In this document: positions 8,977 to 17,795 of the stretch, piece after piece
How positions within the stretch are numbered: position 1 is the first letter of the stretch
Layout: each line of letters begins with the position of its first letter
From: Candidatus Multivoradales bacterium
GTDB taxonomy: Bacteria; Acidobacteriota; Thermoanaerobaculia; Multivoradales; JAHEKO01
Direction of reading: 5' to 3'
Assembly (NCBI GenBank): GCA_965223855.1
Contig: CBDCXM010000009.1
Coordinates: 992,001 to 1,056,000, forward strand
DNA length: 64,000 nucleotides
The notes under the pieces: model-generated
What the model was told of the DNA's origin: nothing
Seen by the model: the letters and a program-made list of their open reading frames with translations, nothing else
The model's database searches: none
Translations under genes and position numbers: made by a program

Positions 8977-9726
8977 ATGTCACATTCCGGTGTAATCCTC
9001 GCCAGGCTCGACTTGCGTCCCGTCTTCGCTGTGCTCGCGGTTGTGCTCGTGTCGGCCGTGATCTGGTCCCTGCTCGACAACGACTCCGCGGAGGACTCGA
9101 TCGAGGAGCCAACCGGCGGCCCCGCTGCCGTCGGTGACCCTGAGGCAGAGAAGGAGCGGCTTCGCGCCAGGATCTTCGCACTCGAAGGAGAGCTTCAGGC
9201 GGTGGCGGATCGGTTGACGGCTGCGCGCATCCCTCCCTCCGAGGATGTCTTCGAGACGATCCGGGAGATCGACCGCATCGCTCGGAGTCGAAACGAGGAG
9301 AGGGACTTTCGACGCTTCGGTGGGCTCGAGGACCTCGACCGGGAGCTGTCTCGCCTGCAGGAACACGAGGGGATGCTCGAGGCTGCGCTGATGCGACTCC
9401 GCAAGCGACTGCCGAGGCCCAGGGCCGAGACCGAGGCCGAGCCGACGGCTCTGGTGCGAAGCCGCTCAGTGGTGGCGGGACGACTGAGGCTCTCGATTCG
9501 GGTCTCGAATCCGGCGCCCGTCGTCATCTACCCGACGCTGGAGATCTTCGCTCACAGATGCTCCGAGTCGCTGGAGGCGCTGGGTCCGGAGATCTCTCTG
9601 GGTACGACGACACTGCTGGTCGAGAGCGGGTCGGGCCGGTCACAGGACCTCGAGTTCGATGACCCTGCGCCGGCAGAGGACGAGGTGCCCTGTCGGTTCC
9701 GAATCGAGATCCTGAGTCAGGACTGA
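8977..9726 (+). CDS. membrane-anchored coiled-coil hypothetical protein
   Basis: N-terminal TM helix, E/R-rich coiled coil, beta-rich C-terminus. Confidence 0.6.
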   Translation: MSHSGVILARLDLRPVFAVLAVVLVSAVIWSLLDNDSAEDSIEEPTGGPAAVGDPEAEKERLRARIFALEGELQAVADRLTAARIPPSEDVFETIREIDRIARSRNEERDFRRFGGLEDLDRELSRLQEHEGMLEAALMRLRKRLPRPRAETEAEPTALVRSRSVVAGRLRLSIRVSNPAPVVIYPTLEIFAHRCSESLEALGPEISLGTTTLLVESGSGRSQDLEFDDPAPAEDEVPCRFRIEILSQD

Positions 9727-9769
9727 GGGGTGAGTAGAGCATTGTCGAAGAGGTACCGTAGGCCTCGTC

Positions 9770-9967
9770 ATGCCAGTCGATCGCGAAGACTCGCGGAACT
9801 GGACGTTCCATGCCGAAGAGGTCTCCGTGGGCGCCTACCTGGTTACGGCCAACAATCTCGATGGGCACCAAGTCGAGGTGACGGGGACCGACCTGGACGA
9901 AGTGGTCTCCAGGTGCAAGGAGGCTGCGCGAGATATGGATGAGGCATCTCGCGAGCATCGGTCGTGA
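9770..9967 (+). CDS. small hypothetical protein (65 aa)
   Basis: ATG with GAGG upstream; GTGA overlap with the next gene. Confidence 0.55.
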   Translation: MPVDREDSRNWTFHAEEVSVGAYLVTANNLDGHQVEVTGTDLDEVVSRCKEAARDMDEASREHRS

Positions 9968-10392
9968 GCAAGGATCCTCGTCCGGCGCTGTTGTTCCTCC
10001 TTGCAGTCGTCGCGGTCGGGCTCGGTTGGATAGCCCTGAGGTCGAGCGACGACCTCCAGGAGGCCGATGCCGAGACCGAGGCTCTGGAGCTTCGCAAGCA
10101 AGCCACCCGCGACGAAATCGCGGAGCTGGAGCGCGAGTTGCAGCTCCTGGCCGATGACCTCGATCTGGGGGACGGCATCAAGCCCGGCGAGATCGATCTG
10201 AGGATTCTGGAAGTCGCTCGGGCGGCGACCCGTCGGGCGAGCAGTTGGGATCCGGCCAAGCACTCGGGCGACGGTGTGATCGACGTCGAGCTGCTCGCCC
10301 TGCTCGAGCAGAGGAGGATGCTGGAAGAGGCCAGGGAGCGGTTGGGGCGAAAGGCAGAGGTCCCCGAAGGGAAGCCTGGGATGCCCGAGTAG
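9964..10392 (+). CDS. membrane-anchored coiled-coil hypothetical protein
   Basis: N-terminal TM helix followed by a coiled coil. Confidence 0.55.
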   Translation: MSKDPRPALLFLLAVVAVGLGWIALRSSDDLQEADAETEALELRKQATRDEIAELERELQLLADDLDLGDGIKPGEIDLRILEVARAATRRASSWDPAKHSGDGVIDVELLALLEQRRMLEEARERLGRKAEVPEGKPGMPE

Positions 10393-10698
10393 CACGGCCT
10401 GGAGCTTCTCCGCGGCTTCGCAGCGCTACGAATTGCCAGTTTGCGGCGGAACGCGCTCTCGACGTACCTTCCGGCGAGGCCGATTCGGCAGGGCCTGCGC
10501 TTTACGAGGGCAGGCGGCTGCAAGATCGGCGAGTCGAGTTCCGTCTGAAGTTGCGAGACGGCGTTACCATCGCCGCAAGCAACTCAGTCCGACTTCCGAT
10601 CCGCCCCGGTGCACCCGGCAGAGCCGAGTGCGCAACGAGCCCGCTGAAATATGCTGGAATAGCGCTATGTCACAGTTCGCTGTCGAGGTTCCCCGCTC

Positions 10699-13600
10699 TT
10701 GAACGGGCGTGATCGAGCACCGGCCGGCCCTGCCGTTCGTTGTCTGCTGGCGGTTGCGGTCGCGGTGCAGCTCGGGGGCGCGCCACTCGTCTACCCCGAG
10801 TCGGCCGCCCCGGAATCGGCCGACTCAGGGAAGGCCGCCTCGGAGATCAAGCCCTTCTCGGCAGCGGAACGACGCGCGGTCGAGCTGGCGGCGCTCTACC
10901 TGGAGGGCGGCGCGGAAGCACTGGCGGGAGAGTTCGCCGAAGGCAGCTCCTGGAGCGCGCTTTCGGAGGCCGGTCGCCGGCTCGAGATCGAGACGCGGCT
11001 CGGCCCCGTGGCGGCTGCACATTGGACTCTGCTGACGCCTTCGGGAGCGATCGGCGAGCACCTCGCCGGCTTCGAGGTGGCCTTTCCTTCCGGCGCCGAA
11101 GACGTCGTCGAGTTCGCCCTGCTCGAAGAACGGGGCGTCTGGAAGCTCGACCGGATCGTCTCGAGTGTCGAAGCGCGGCCGGAGCCGATCTCTTTCGAGG
11201 AGCTGTTTGCCGGCGCTGCGGCGGAGGACTCCGACGCGATGTGGCCGGCGCCGTCAGCCGATCGCGGCCCGCCCTGGTGGCTGGCCCTGCTGATCCTCGC
11301 ATGCGCTCTGTGGACTGCCGGGAACGGAAGGAGAGCCCTGCGCCCGGCGGTTGGGCTCCTCTCGGGGGCGCTGCTCGCCCTGATTGCCCCAGCCTGCAAG
11401 GAGGCGCCGGAGGAAGTCGACGCCGCTCCCGAGCTCGAGCTACTCGCCGCCGCGCGCGACGCTCGATGGACGACCGCGGGAGCCGCCGTGGCAACCATCG
11501 CCAAGCCACCACCGGCGAGTGCTGCCGAGCGCGCCGACCGGATTTGGCAGGCGGAGCGGGCGCTGGCGCGCAGCGACTTCGAGACGGTGGAGCAGTTGCT
11601 GTCTCTCTTCCCGGAGCCGAGCGTGGTGCCGAAGGTCGAGGAGCTGCGCGGCGAGCTCGCCCTCCTGGAGCGCGATGCCGACTCCGCCATCGCAGCCTTC
11701 GAGCGGCGGCGTGATCTCGGGCTCGCCTACGACAGCGTCACCTACGACCTGGCCATCGCCAAGGCGGGCCTGGGCCAGCCGGAGGCGGCCACCGCGACGA
11801 TTCAGCTCATGGCAGAGGTCGGGTCGCGGTTCGCCTGGCCGCACTACGCGGTCGCCAAGCTGGCGCTGGCCGATGAGGACGAGGAGGGGGCGCTGGCAGC
11901 CTTCGAGCGCGCCTGGCAGCTCGGGCCGATGAGCTGGCAAGAGACCTTCCAGGACCCGACCCTCACGGCCATCGTCGGGCGGCCCGAGCTCTTCGACACC
12001 CTGCGCCTCGACCGCAGCAGCGAGCCCGTCGTCCTCGCTCCGGAGGCGGGCGCGAGCGCCGTGCCGCTCCCCGAGTCGGGTGACTACCGGACGTACGGCA
12101 GCTACCTCGTGGCGCGGCTCGGCGGGGCGGCCCTTCATGTGCCGAACGGCGCGGAACTGGGGCCGGACGACGCGCTGCCCCAGCCTGCGGGATCGCTGGA
12201 GACTCAGGTTCAGGAGGAGGCGCTCGAACGGGTGACGGCCGGGCTCGAGGAGGGCCGCCCGTTCTCGGAGATGGAGCACCTGGTCGAGCTCGCCGCCAGC
12301 GGCCTCTACCGCGACGGGAAGTGGGACGAGGTCGTCGACCTGACCGGTCGGCTCGACGTCGGCCTCGAGCGTGGCTCGCCGATCCTGGTGTGGCTGCGGG
12401 CGTTCTCGATGGCGAAGATCGGTGACGACGAAGCGGCGCGGGCGATGCTGCTCGAGGTCGCACAGCGCGATGTCGGCACCGGTCACCTGAGCCCGATCCA
12501 CCTGTCACAGCTCGCGGAGCTCCTTGCCGAGCGCGACGCCTACGACCAGGCGGTCCGAGTGCTGGCGAAGGCGAATGCGATGTACCCGTCGCCGACACTC
12601 GAGACGCGGATCCGGCAGCTGCGCCTCGAAGGCCGATTGCAGAGTTCCTACCGGACGCTCCGCACGAAGCACTTCGAGCTGCGCTATCCGGAGGGCACCG
12701 ATCCGAGCCATTCGGAGGCGCTGGGGAAGGTGCTCGAGGCCGAGCGGGTGCGGATCCGTCGATGGGTGCCGGCCGAGGCGGCGGGTCGGGTCGGGGTCGA
12801 TCTCTTCCCTCTCGGCTCGTTCCTCTCGACCTTCGGCGAAGGGGGCGTGATCGGTCTCTTCGACGGCCGGGTGCGGGTGCCGCTGGCAGACCTCTACAGC
12901 CTGCACCCGAGCCTCGTCGCCATCCTGTCGCACGAGCTGGCACACGCGCTGATCGACCGGCGCTCTGCCGGCAGGGCGCCGAAGTGGTTCCACGAGGGGG
13001 TGGCGATGCACGTCCAGATGGTCGATCAACCGACCAATCCGCTGCCGGAGCTCGCGGGCAAGAACCGGATCTTCTCGCTCAAGGCGCTCGAGGCGGTGCT
13101 CGCCGGGATGAGCGACCCGAGCTTCAATCAGGCCGCCTACACCCAGGCGGCGTGGCTGGCGCACTTCATCGAGGCGCGCTTCGGCCGGCGCACGCTCGAC
13201 GAGCTGATGCTCGCCTTCTCACGCGGGCTCGACACCGAGGGCGCCATCGGTGCGGTCACCGGACTGGAGGTGGCGCAGTTCGAGCAGCAGTTCCGAGACT
13301 GGGGGGTGACTCGTGCCCCGCTGACCTGGGACACCGAGGTGCGGCGCTACGACCGCGAGCAGGAACGGGAGCGTAGGCTCGAGGCGTTCGAGCGCGACAA
13401 GCTCATCCAACCCTCGACCCGCTCACGCCGCCAACCTGAGCGGGAGCGACGCCGGGTCACCGTAGACGAGGATTTGCGGCGGCGGATGCACGCCTGGCAC
13501 GCCGGGTACGCGGAGACGGTGCGCGACGTCAAGCTGCGGCTCAAGCCGGTCCTCGAGATGCTCGACGGACGGCGCAACTCCGGGAACCTCGGTACGTCGT

Positions 13601-13830
13601 GTCGTGCGCTCGAGACCTCGCTTCGCCACGCGATGAGTCGCGACCACTTCACCTCCTCTCCGGACCCGCAGGTGAACTCGGCGCTGCGCACTTCGTTCTC
13701 GACCTTCCTCAAGGCGAGCCAGGCGTGCCAGCGCGGCGCTCTGCAGTCGACCCGTCAACGTATCGCCGAGGCAGACCGCAGCCTGGCGAAAGCGGCGGCG
13801 AGACTCGGGATCTACGGCCTCGCGCCGTAG
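10699..13830 (+). CDS. large membrane TPR protein with zincin (peptidase MA-like) domain
   Basis: Signal/TM segments, TPR-like helices, ILSHELAHA..PKWFHEGVA zinc motif. Confidence 0.8.
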   Translation: MNGRDRAPAGPAVRCLLAVAVAVQLGGAPLVYPESAAPESADSGKAASEIKPFSAAERRAVELAALYLEGGAEALAGEFAEGSSWSALSEAGRRLEIETRLGPVAAAHWTLLTPSGAIGEHLAGFEVAFPSGAEDVVEFALLEERGVWKLDRIVSSVEARPEPISFEELFAGAAAEDSDAMWPAPSADRGPPWWLALLILACALWTAGNGRRALRPAVGLLSGALLALIAPACKEAPEEVDAAPELELLAAARDARWTTAGAAVATIAKPPPASAAERADRIWQAERALARSDFETVEQLLSLFPEPSVVPKVEELRGELALLERDADSAIAAFERRRDLGLAYDSVTYDLAIAKAGLGQPEAATATIQLMAEVGSRFAWPHYAVAKLALADEDEEGALAAFERAWQLGPMSWQETFQDPTLTAIVGRPELFDTLRLDRSSEPVVLAPEAGASAVPLPESGDYRTYGSYLVARLGGAALHVPNGAELGPDDALPQPAGSLETQVQEEALERVTAGLEEGRPFSEMEHLVELAASGLYRDGKWDEVVDLTGRLDVGLERGSPILVWLRAFSMAKIGDDEAARAMLLEVAQRDVGTGHLSPIHLSQLAELLAERDAYDQAVRVLAKANAMYPSPTLETRIRQLRLEGRLQSSYRTLRTKHFELRYPEGTDPSHSEALGKVLEAERVRIRRWVPAEAAGRVGVDLFPLGSFLSTFGEGGVIGLFDGRVRVPLADLYSLHPSLVAILSHELAHALIDRRSAGRAPKWFHEGVAMHVQMVDQPTNPLPELAGKNRIFSLKALEAVLAGMSDPSFNQAAYTQAAWLAHFIEARFGRRTLDELMLAFSRGLDTEGAIGAVTGLEVAQFEQQFRDWGVTRAPLTWDTEVRRYDREQERERRLEAFERDKLIQPSTRSRRQPERERRRVTVDEDLRRRMHAWHAGYAETVRDVKLRLKPVLEMLDGRRNSGNLGTSCRALETSLRHAMSRDHFTSSPDPQVNSALRTSFSTFLKASQACQRGALQSTRQRIAEADRSLAKAAARLGIYGLAP

Positions 13831-13891
13831 AGTGGGTGATCTTGTCAGCGACGAATTGTTGACTCCCAAGCTCCTCCACCAGGCAAGAAGT

Positions 13892-16060
13892 ATGGAAACC
13901 ATGTCCTATCTCCCTCTGGCGATCCTCGGCCTCTGGCTGCTCCTCTCCGTCTACTACCTTCAGGCCTCTCGGAAGCCGGAGACCAATGGCAAGGCCGCGC
14001 TCGGCCTGGGTGGGTTCTTTGCCGCTCTGGGTGTCTTCGCTGTAGCCGATGCTCTGAGCGACCTGCCGAGTCGGGTCGCTCGGGGTCTCGGGGTGGCAGT
14101 TTCGGGCATCGGATGCGTCGGGCTGCTGGTGGCGTTGGCTCTCGCCGTCTGGGGCCTGGTGGAGATCAGGAGGGCGCCAGACCGCTGGAGTCGAGGTCGG
14201 GGAATGGCATGGTGGGCGGTGGCACTCTCGGCCGTTCTGGGCCTTGTCCTCGCCAGCGTGGCCCTGCAGAGCATCTCGTCGAGTCTGAAGCTCCGAGAAG
14301 CCGCCACCGAAGGTACTCCTGCGGGGCCGGTCGTCGTCGAGAGTCTCAATTTCTCGGTGACGGTCGATCGGCCGTGGCAGCAGCTCAGCAGGGCCGCGGA
14401 CGTGTCCGAAGATGCTGCGGTCGCCTTCCTCCGTGCCGATCCGGCGCAGTATTTCATGGTGATCGCAGAGGCGTACGAGGCCCCCCTGACCCTCTATGCG
14501 GACGTGGTTCTAGCCAACGCGGCGGCAGTTGCCGATTCAGTGGAGGAGATCTCCAGATCCAGTCTCGAGCTGAGCGGCCTGGAAGGGCTCGGACTCGAAG
14601 CGACGGTCGTCATGGAGGGTAGGAGTTTCGACTTCCTTTACGGGCTGGTCGTTCACAACGGTTTCGCCTACCAGTTGATCTCGTGGAGCGACTCGACTCC
14701 CAATCGCGAACCGCTGAGCGCGCGGGCGATGGAGGTCTTTGCCAGTTTCGAGATCCTGGATCCGGACCGTCAGGCGGAGCTTCCGGAGGTCGAGCCGTAC
14801 CGATCTCCCTACGGCTTCTCTGTCGAGGCGCTCGAGGGTTGGTCGGATTGGTCGTCGCTCGGAGACGAGATCCCAGCGGCCGATTTCGGAGCGTTGTCTT
14901 CGAGGGGGGAGGCTCTTGTCGTTTTGCCTTTGCTGCTCCCTGACAGTCGCGTTACCGACAGGGATCTGCTCAGGGCTCTCCTCGGAGAACTCAACGTGGA
15001 CCTGGAGTCGGTGAATGTCGCTTCCCAGCAGGTCAGCAGCGACAGCGTGACCAGCGGCTTCGACCTGCAGTTCCGGGACGAGGTGGACGGGACCGCCTTC
15101 CAGAATGTGGCCCGTCTTCGGCGAACTTCGCGAATGGCCTACCTGTCGGCAGCGTGGCACGAAGAAGCGTTGGACCCCGACCTTGACCGGCTCACCGGGT
15201 TGCTGGATTTCGTCCGACTCGAGGGCGAGATCTCCTACCGTGCGGCGTCGGAGATCTCTGATGAAGCGGAGAGAGCGGGCCACGCGCGCATCTACCGGGC
15301 ATTGGCCGGACTACTTGAGTCCAGAGGCCTCGATGATGAGGCCGGAACTCTCTTCCGGGAGGCTTTCGAGCTGGATCCAGAGAAGGTCGATAGCATCGTC
15401 GCCTATCTTTCCTTCCTCGACAGACAGGGAGATTCCGAGGTCGGGCTGCGATTCTTCGAGGAGGTCCTATCGGACTTCGATAGTCCCGAGCTGGTGCAGT
15501 CCTTCTACCCGTACTTCCTGGCCCGCGAAGGTCGACTCGAAGAGGCCGCCGGGAGCTACTCCGATCTCTTCGCCGACGGCTGGCGAAGCGACAGCGACTT
15601 TGAGCTCTACCTCGATCTCCTCTGGCAGATGGGCAGGACCGGCGAGGCGGTTGCGCGCGCCTCTAGTTATCACGAGGCCGGAGGCAACGCGCTCTCGAAG
15701 GTGCTTCTGGCCTCGGCGCTGAGACAGGCCGGCGACGTCGAGGAGGCACTGGAGCTCCTCGCCGGCGACTCACCTGAGGCGCTCCCGCTGAATCCTCGCC
15801 ACGCCAGGGAGCTGATCCACTGTCACTACGACGCGGGCCATCACGACCTGGTGTTGGCGCTGACGGAGCAGAGTGCCTTCAACAATGGCCCCGATGCCCC
15901 TACCCTGGTCCTCCAGGGGAAAAGCGAGGCCGCTCTCCAGCGCTTCGACGAAGCGATCCGATCGTTCGAGCAGGCGCTCGAGCTCGATCCCTTCCACGGA
16001 GGGGCAGCCGAGGAGCTCGGTGCCGTCCGCTCCATTCTCGCCGCCGGTCGGGAATTGTAG
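13892..16060 (+). CDS. membrane protein with 4 N-terminal TMs, PsbP-like central domains and C-terminal TPRs
   Basis: TM helices ending in RGRGMAWWAV (DUF4190-like); TPR motifs such as EAIRSFEQALELDP. Confidence 0.7.
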   Translation: METMSYLPLAILGLWLLLSVYYLQASRKPETNGKAALGLGGFFAALGVFAVADALSDLPSRVARGLGVAVSGIGCVGLLVALALAVWGLVEIRRAPDRWSRGRGMAWWAVALSAVLGLVLASVALQSISSSLKLREAATEGTPAGPVVVESLNFSVTVDRPWQQLSRAADVSEDAAVAFLRADPAQYFMVIAEAYEAPLTLYADVVLANAAAVADSVEEISRSSLELSGLEGLGLEATVVMEGRSFDFLYGLVVHNGFAYQLISWSDSTPNREPLSARAMEVFASFEILDPDRQAELPEVEPYRSPYGFSVEALEGWSDWSSLGDEIPAADFGALSSRGEALVVLPLLLPDSRVTDRDLLRALLGELNVDLESVNVASQQVSSDSVTSGFDLQFRDEVDGTAFQNVARLRRTSRMAYLSAAWHEEALDPDLDRLTGLLDFVRLEGEISYRAASEISDEAERAGHARIYRALAGLLESRGLDDEAGTLFREAFELDPEKVDSIVAYLSFLDRQGDSEVGLRFFEEVLSDFDSPELVQSFYPYFLAREGRLEEAAGSYSDLFADGWRSDSDFELYLDLLWQMGRTGEAVARASSYHEAGGNALSKVLLASALRQAGDVEEALELLAGDSPEALPLNPRHARELIHCHYDAGHHDLVLALTEQSAFNNGPDAPTLVLQGKSEAALQRFDEAIRSFEQALELDPFHGGAAEELGAVRSILAAGREL

Positions 16061-16161
16061 GACCCACCTCGAGCGACGGCTCTGACTCGGATCCGGCAGA
16101 ATGCAACCTTCCTGCTCGTTCGCTCGTTCGTAGGGCAGACGCACCAACCAGGAGGTCCCCG

Positions 16162-17670
16162 ATGAGAACAGTGTTCTTCCCCTTTCGCAGTGGCCATTCT
16201 TCGCAACCGCTTCTGCCGGCGGCCTGTGCCGTCCTCCTGCTGGCTCTCGCCCCGCTGACGGCGCAGGAGGCCCCCCCTCAGCCAACCTTCCCCACGCTCC
16301 CCGAAGACGCCCCGGCCGGCACCGGGATGATGCAGCCGTGCCTCGAAGGTCTCGAGGGGACCGTCCGCTGCGGCCGCTACCGGGTGTGGGAGGACCGCGA
16401 GGCGAAGGAGGGACGAACGCTCGACCTGGCGTTCGTGGTTGCCGACTCGCTCGGCGAGGAGGCCGATCACACGACGGCGGCGACCTGGTTCTTCGGCGGG
16501 CCGGGAACGTCGGTGACCCGGCCGGCCTATCCGGTGATCGAGTTCTTCGCGCCGCTGCGCCAGAGCCGCGACCTGCTGCTGATGGATTACCGGGGCGCCG
16601 GCAACTCGCAGGCGCTTCATTGCAACGTGCCGTATCCGAGCGGCGTCTCCTCGCGCTTCGGATCGATCTTCCCGATCGACCACGTCGAGGCGTGCCGCGA
16701 CGAGCTGTCGAAGCGGGCGCAGCTCGACCTCTACACCTCGCGCCACAACATCGACGACCTCGACGAGCTGCGCGAGTGGCTCAACTACGAGACGCTCGAC
16801 CTCAACGGTGGCTCGTACGGCACCTTCGAGGCGCAGATCTACGCCCGTCGGCATCCGCAGTCGGTCCGCACGATGGTCCTCAACGGCGTGGCGCCGATCA
16901 ACGTGCGTGGGTACGTGAAGCATGCGCGAGGGCTGCAGACGGCGCTCGAACGGCTGATCGCCGAGTGTCTCGGGCAGGAGAAGTGCGCCGCGGCCTACCC
17001 CGACCTGGAAGCGAAGACCGCGGCGGTGCTCGAGCGCGTGCGCACCGACCCGCCCGAGGTCACCGCCGAGGGTGAGACCGTCGCCTTCGGCCCGGGCGAG
17101 CTCGCCTATGCCCTGAGGGGGCTGCTCTACGGCCGTGCCGCCGAGGTGCCGGCCAAGATCTACGGCGCCGCCGCCGGCGACTGGCAGCCGCTGGCCGACT
17201 ACTACCTGCAGCGCAGCGGCTGGGCGAACAACGAGAACGACCAGGCCGGCATGCACTTCTCGGTGATCTGCGCCGAGGACATCACGCGGGTCGACCCGGA
17301 GATCATCGCCCGCGAGACGGAGGGCACCTTCCTCGGCGACTACCTCATCGGCGGCTACTACGAGGTCTGCAAGGTGTGGCCGCACGCCGAGCTCGAAGCG
17401 TCGTTCTGGGAGCCGATCGAGAGCGACATCCCCACGCTGCTGCTCTCGGGCGACCGTGACCCGGTGACACCGCCGTCCGGCGGCGAGGCCGTGGCCGCCG
17501 GGCTCCCGAACAGTCTTCACATCGTCGTCCCCGGCGCCGGTCACGGAGTCGGCGGACCGTGCATTGCCGGGATCGAACGCCAGTTCGTCGAGTCGGGCTC
17601 GGTCGAGGGGCTCGACACCTCGTGCATCGAGGCGCGGCCGGAGACGGAGTTCGTGATCGCCGAGGACTAG
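16162..17670 (+). CDS. secreted alpha/beta hydrolase (TAP-like peptidase)
   Basis: Signal peptide, GGPG, DYRGAG, GGSYG nucleophile elbow, PTLLLSGDRDPVTP, GAGHG. Confidence 0.88.
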   Translation: MRTVFFPFRSGHSSQPLLPAACAVLLLALAPLTAQEAPPQPTFPTLPEDAPAGTGMMQPCLEGLEGTVRCGRYRVWEDREAKEGRTLDLAFVVADSLGEEADHTTAATWFFGGPGTSVTRPAYPVIEFFAPLRQSRDLLLMDYRGAGNSQALHCNVPYPSGVSSRFGSIFPIDHVEACRDELSKRAQLDLYTSRHNIDDLDELREWLNYETLDLNGGSYGTFEAQIYARRHPQSVRTMVLNGVAPINVRGYVKHARGLQTALERLIAECLGQEKCAAAYPDLEAKTAAVLERVRTDPPEVTAEGETVAFGPGELAYALRGLLYGRAAEVPAKIYGAAAGDWQPLADYYLQRSGWANNENDQAGMHFSVICAEDITRVDPEIIARETEGTFLGDYLIGGYYEVCKVWPHAELEASFWEPIESDIPTLLLSGDRDPVTPPSGGEAVAAGLPNSLHIVVPGAGHGVGGPCIAGIERQFVESGSVEGLDTSCIEARPETEFVIAED

Positions 17671-17688
17671 TTACCGCGCCACCAGGGT

Positions 17689-17719
17689 GCCCTGAGCCCG
17701 TATCCCTCGGGCTCAGGGC
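17689..17719. terminator. 12-bp perfect stem-loop between convergent genes
   Basis: GCCCTGAGCCCG-TATCCCT-CGGGCTCAGGGC; no U-tract. Confidence 0.5.
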
Positions 17720-17795
17720 TCGGGCTCAGGGCTCAGCGCTCAGAGCCCAGGGCTCAGGGGATCAGGGCTCGGAGCACAGCGCATCGGGGTCAGGG
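17709..17795. repeat. degenerate heptamer tandem repeat (GGGCTCA)n, about 12 units
   Basis: gggctca gggctc gggctca gggctca gcgctca gagccca gggctca ggggatca gggctcg ... Confidence 0.75.

Noticed and set aside
10375-10397. Possible further copy of the 23-bp cassette motif (..ATGCCCGAGTAGCAC)
   Set aside because: Too few matches to the other copies to separate from chance
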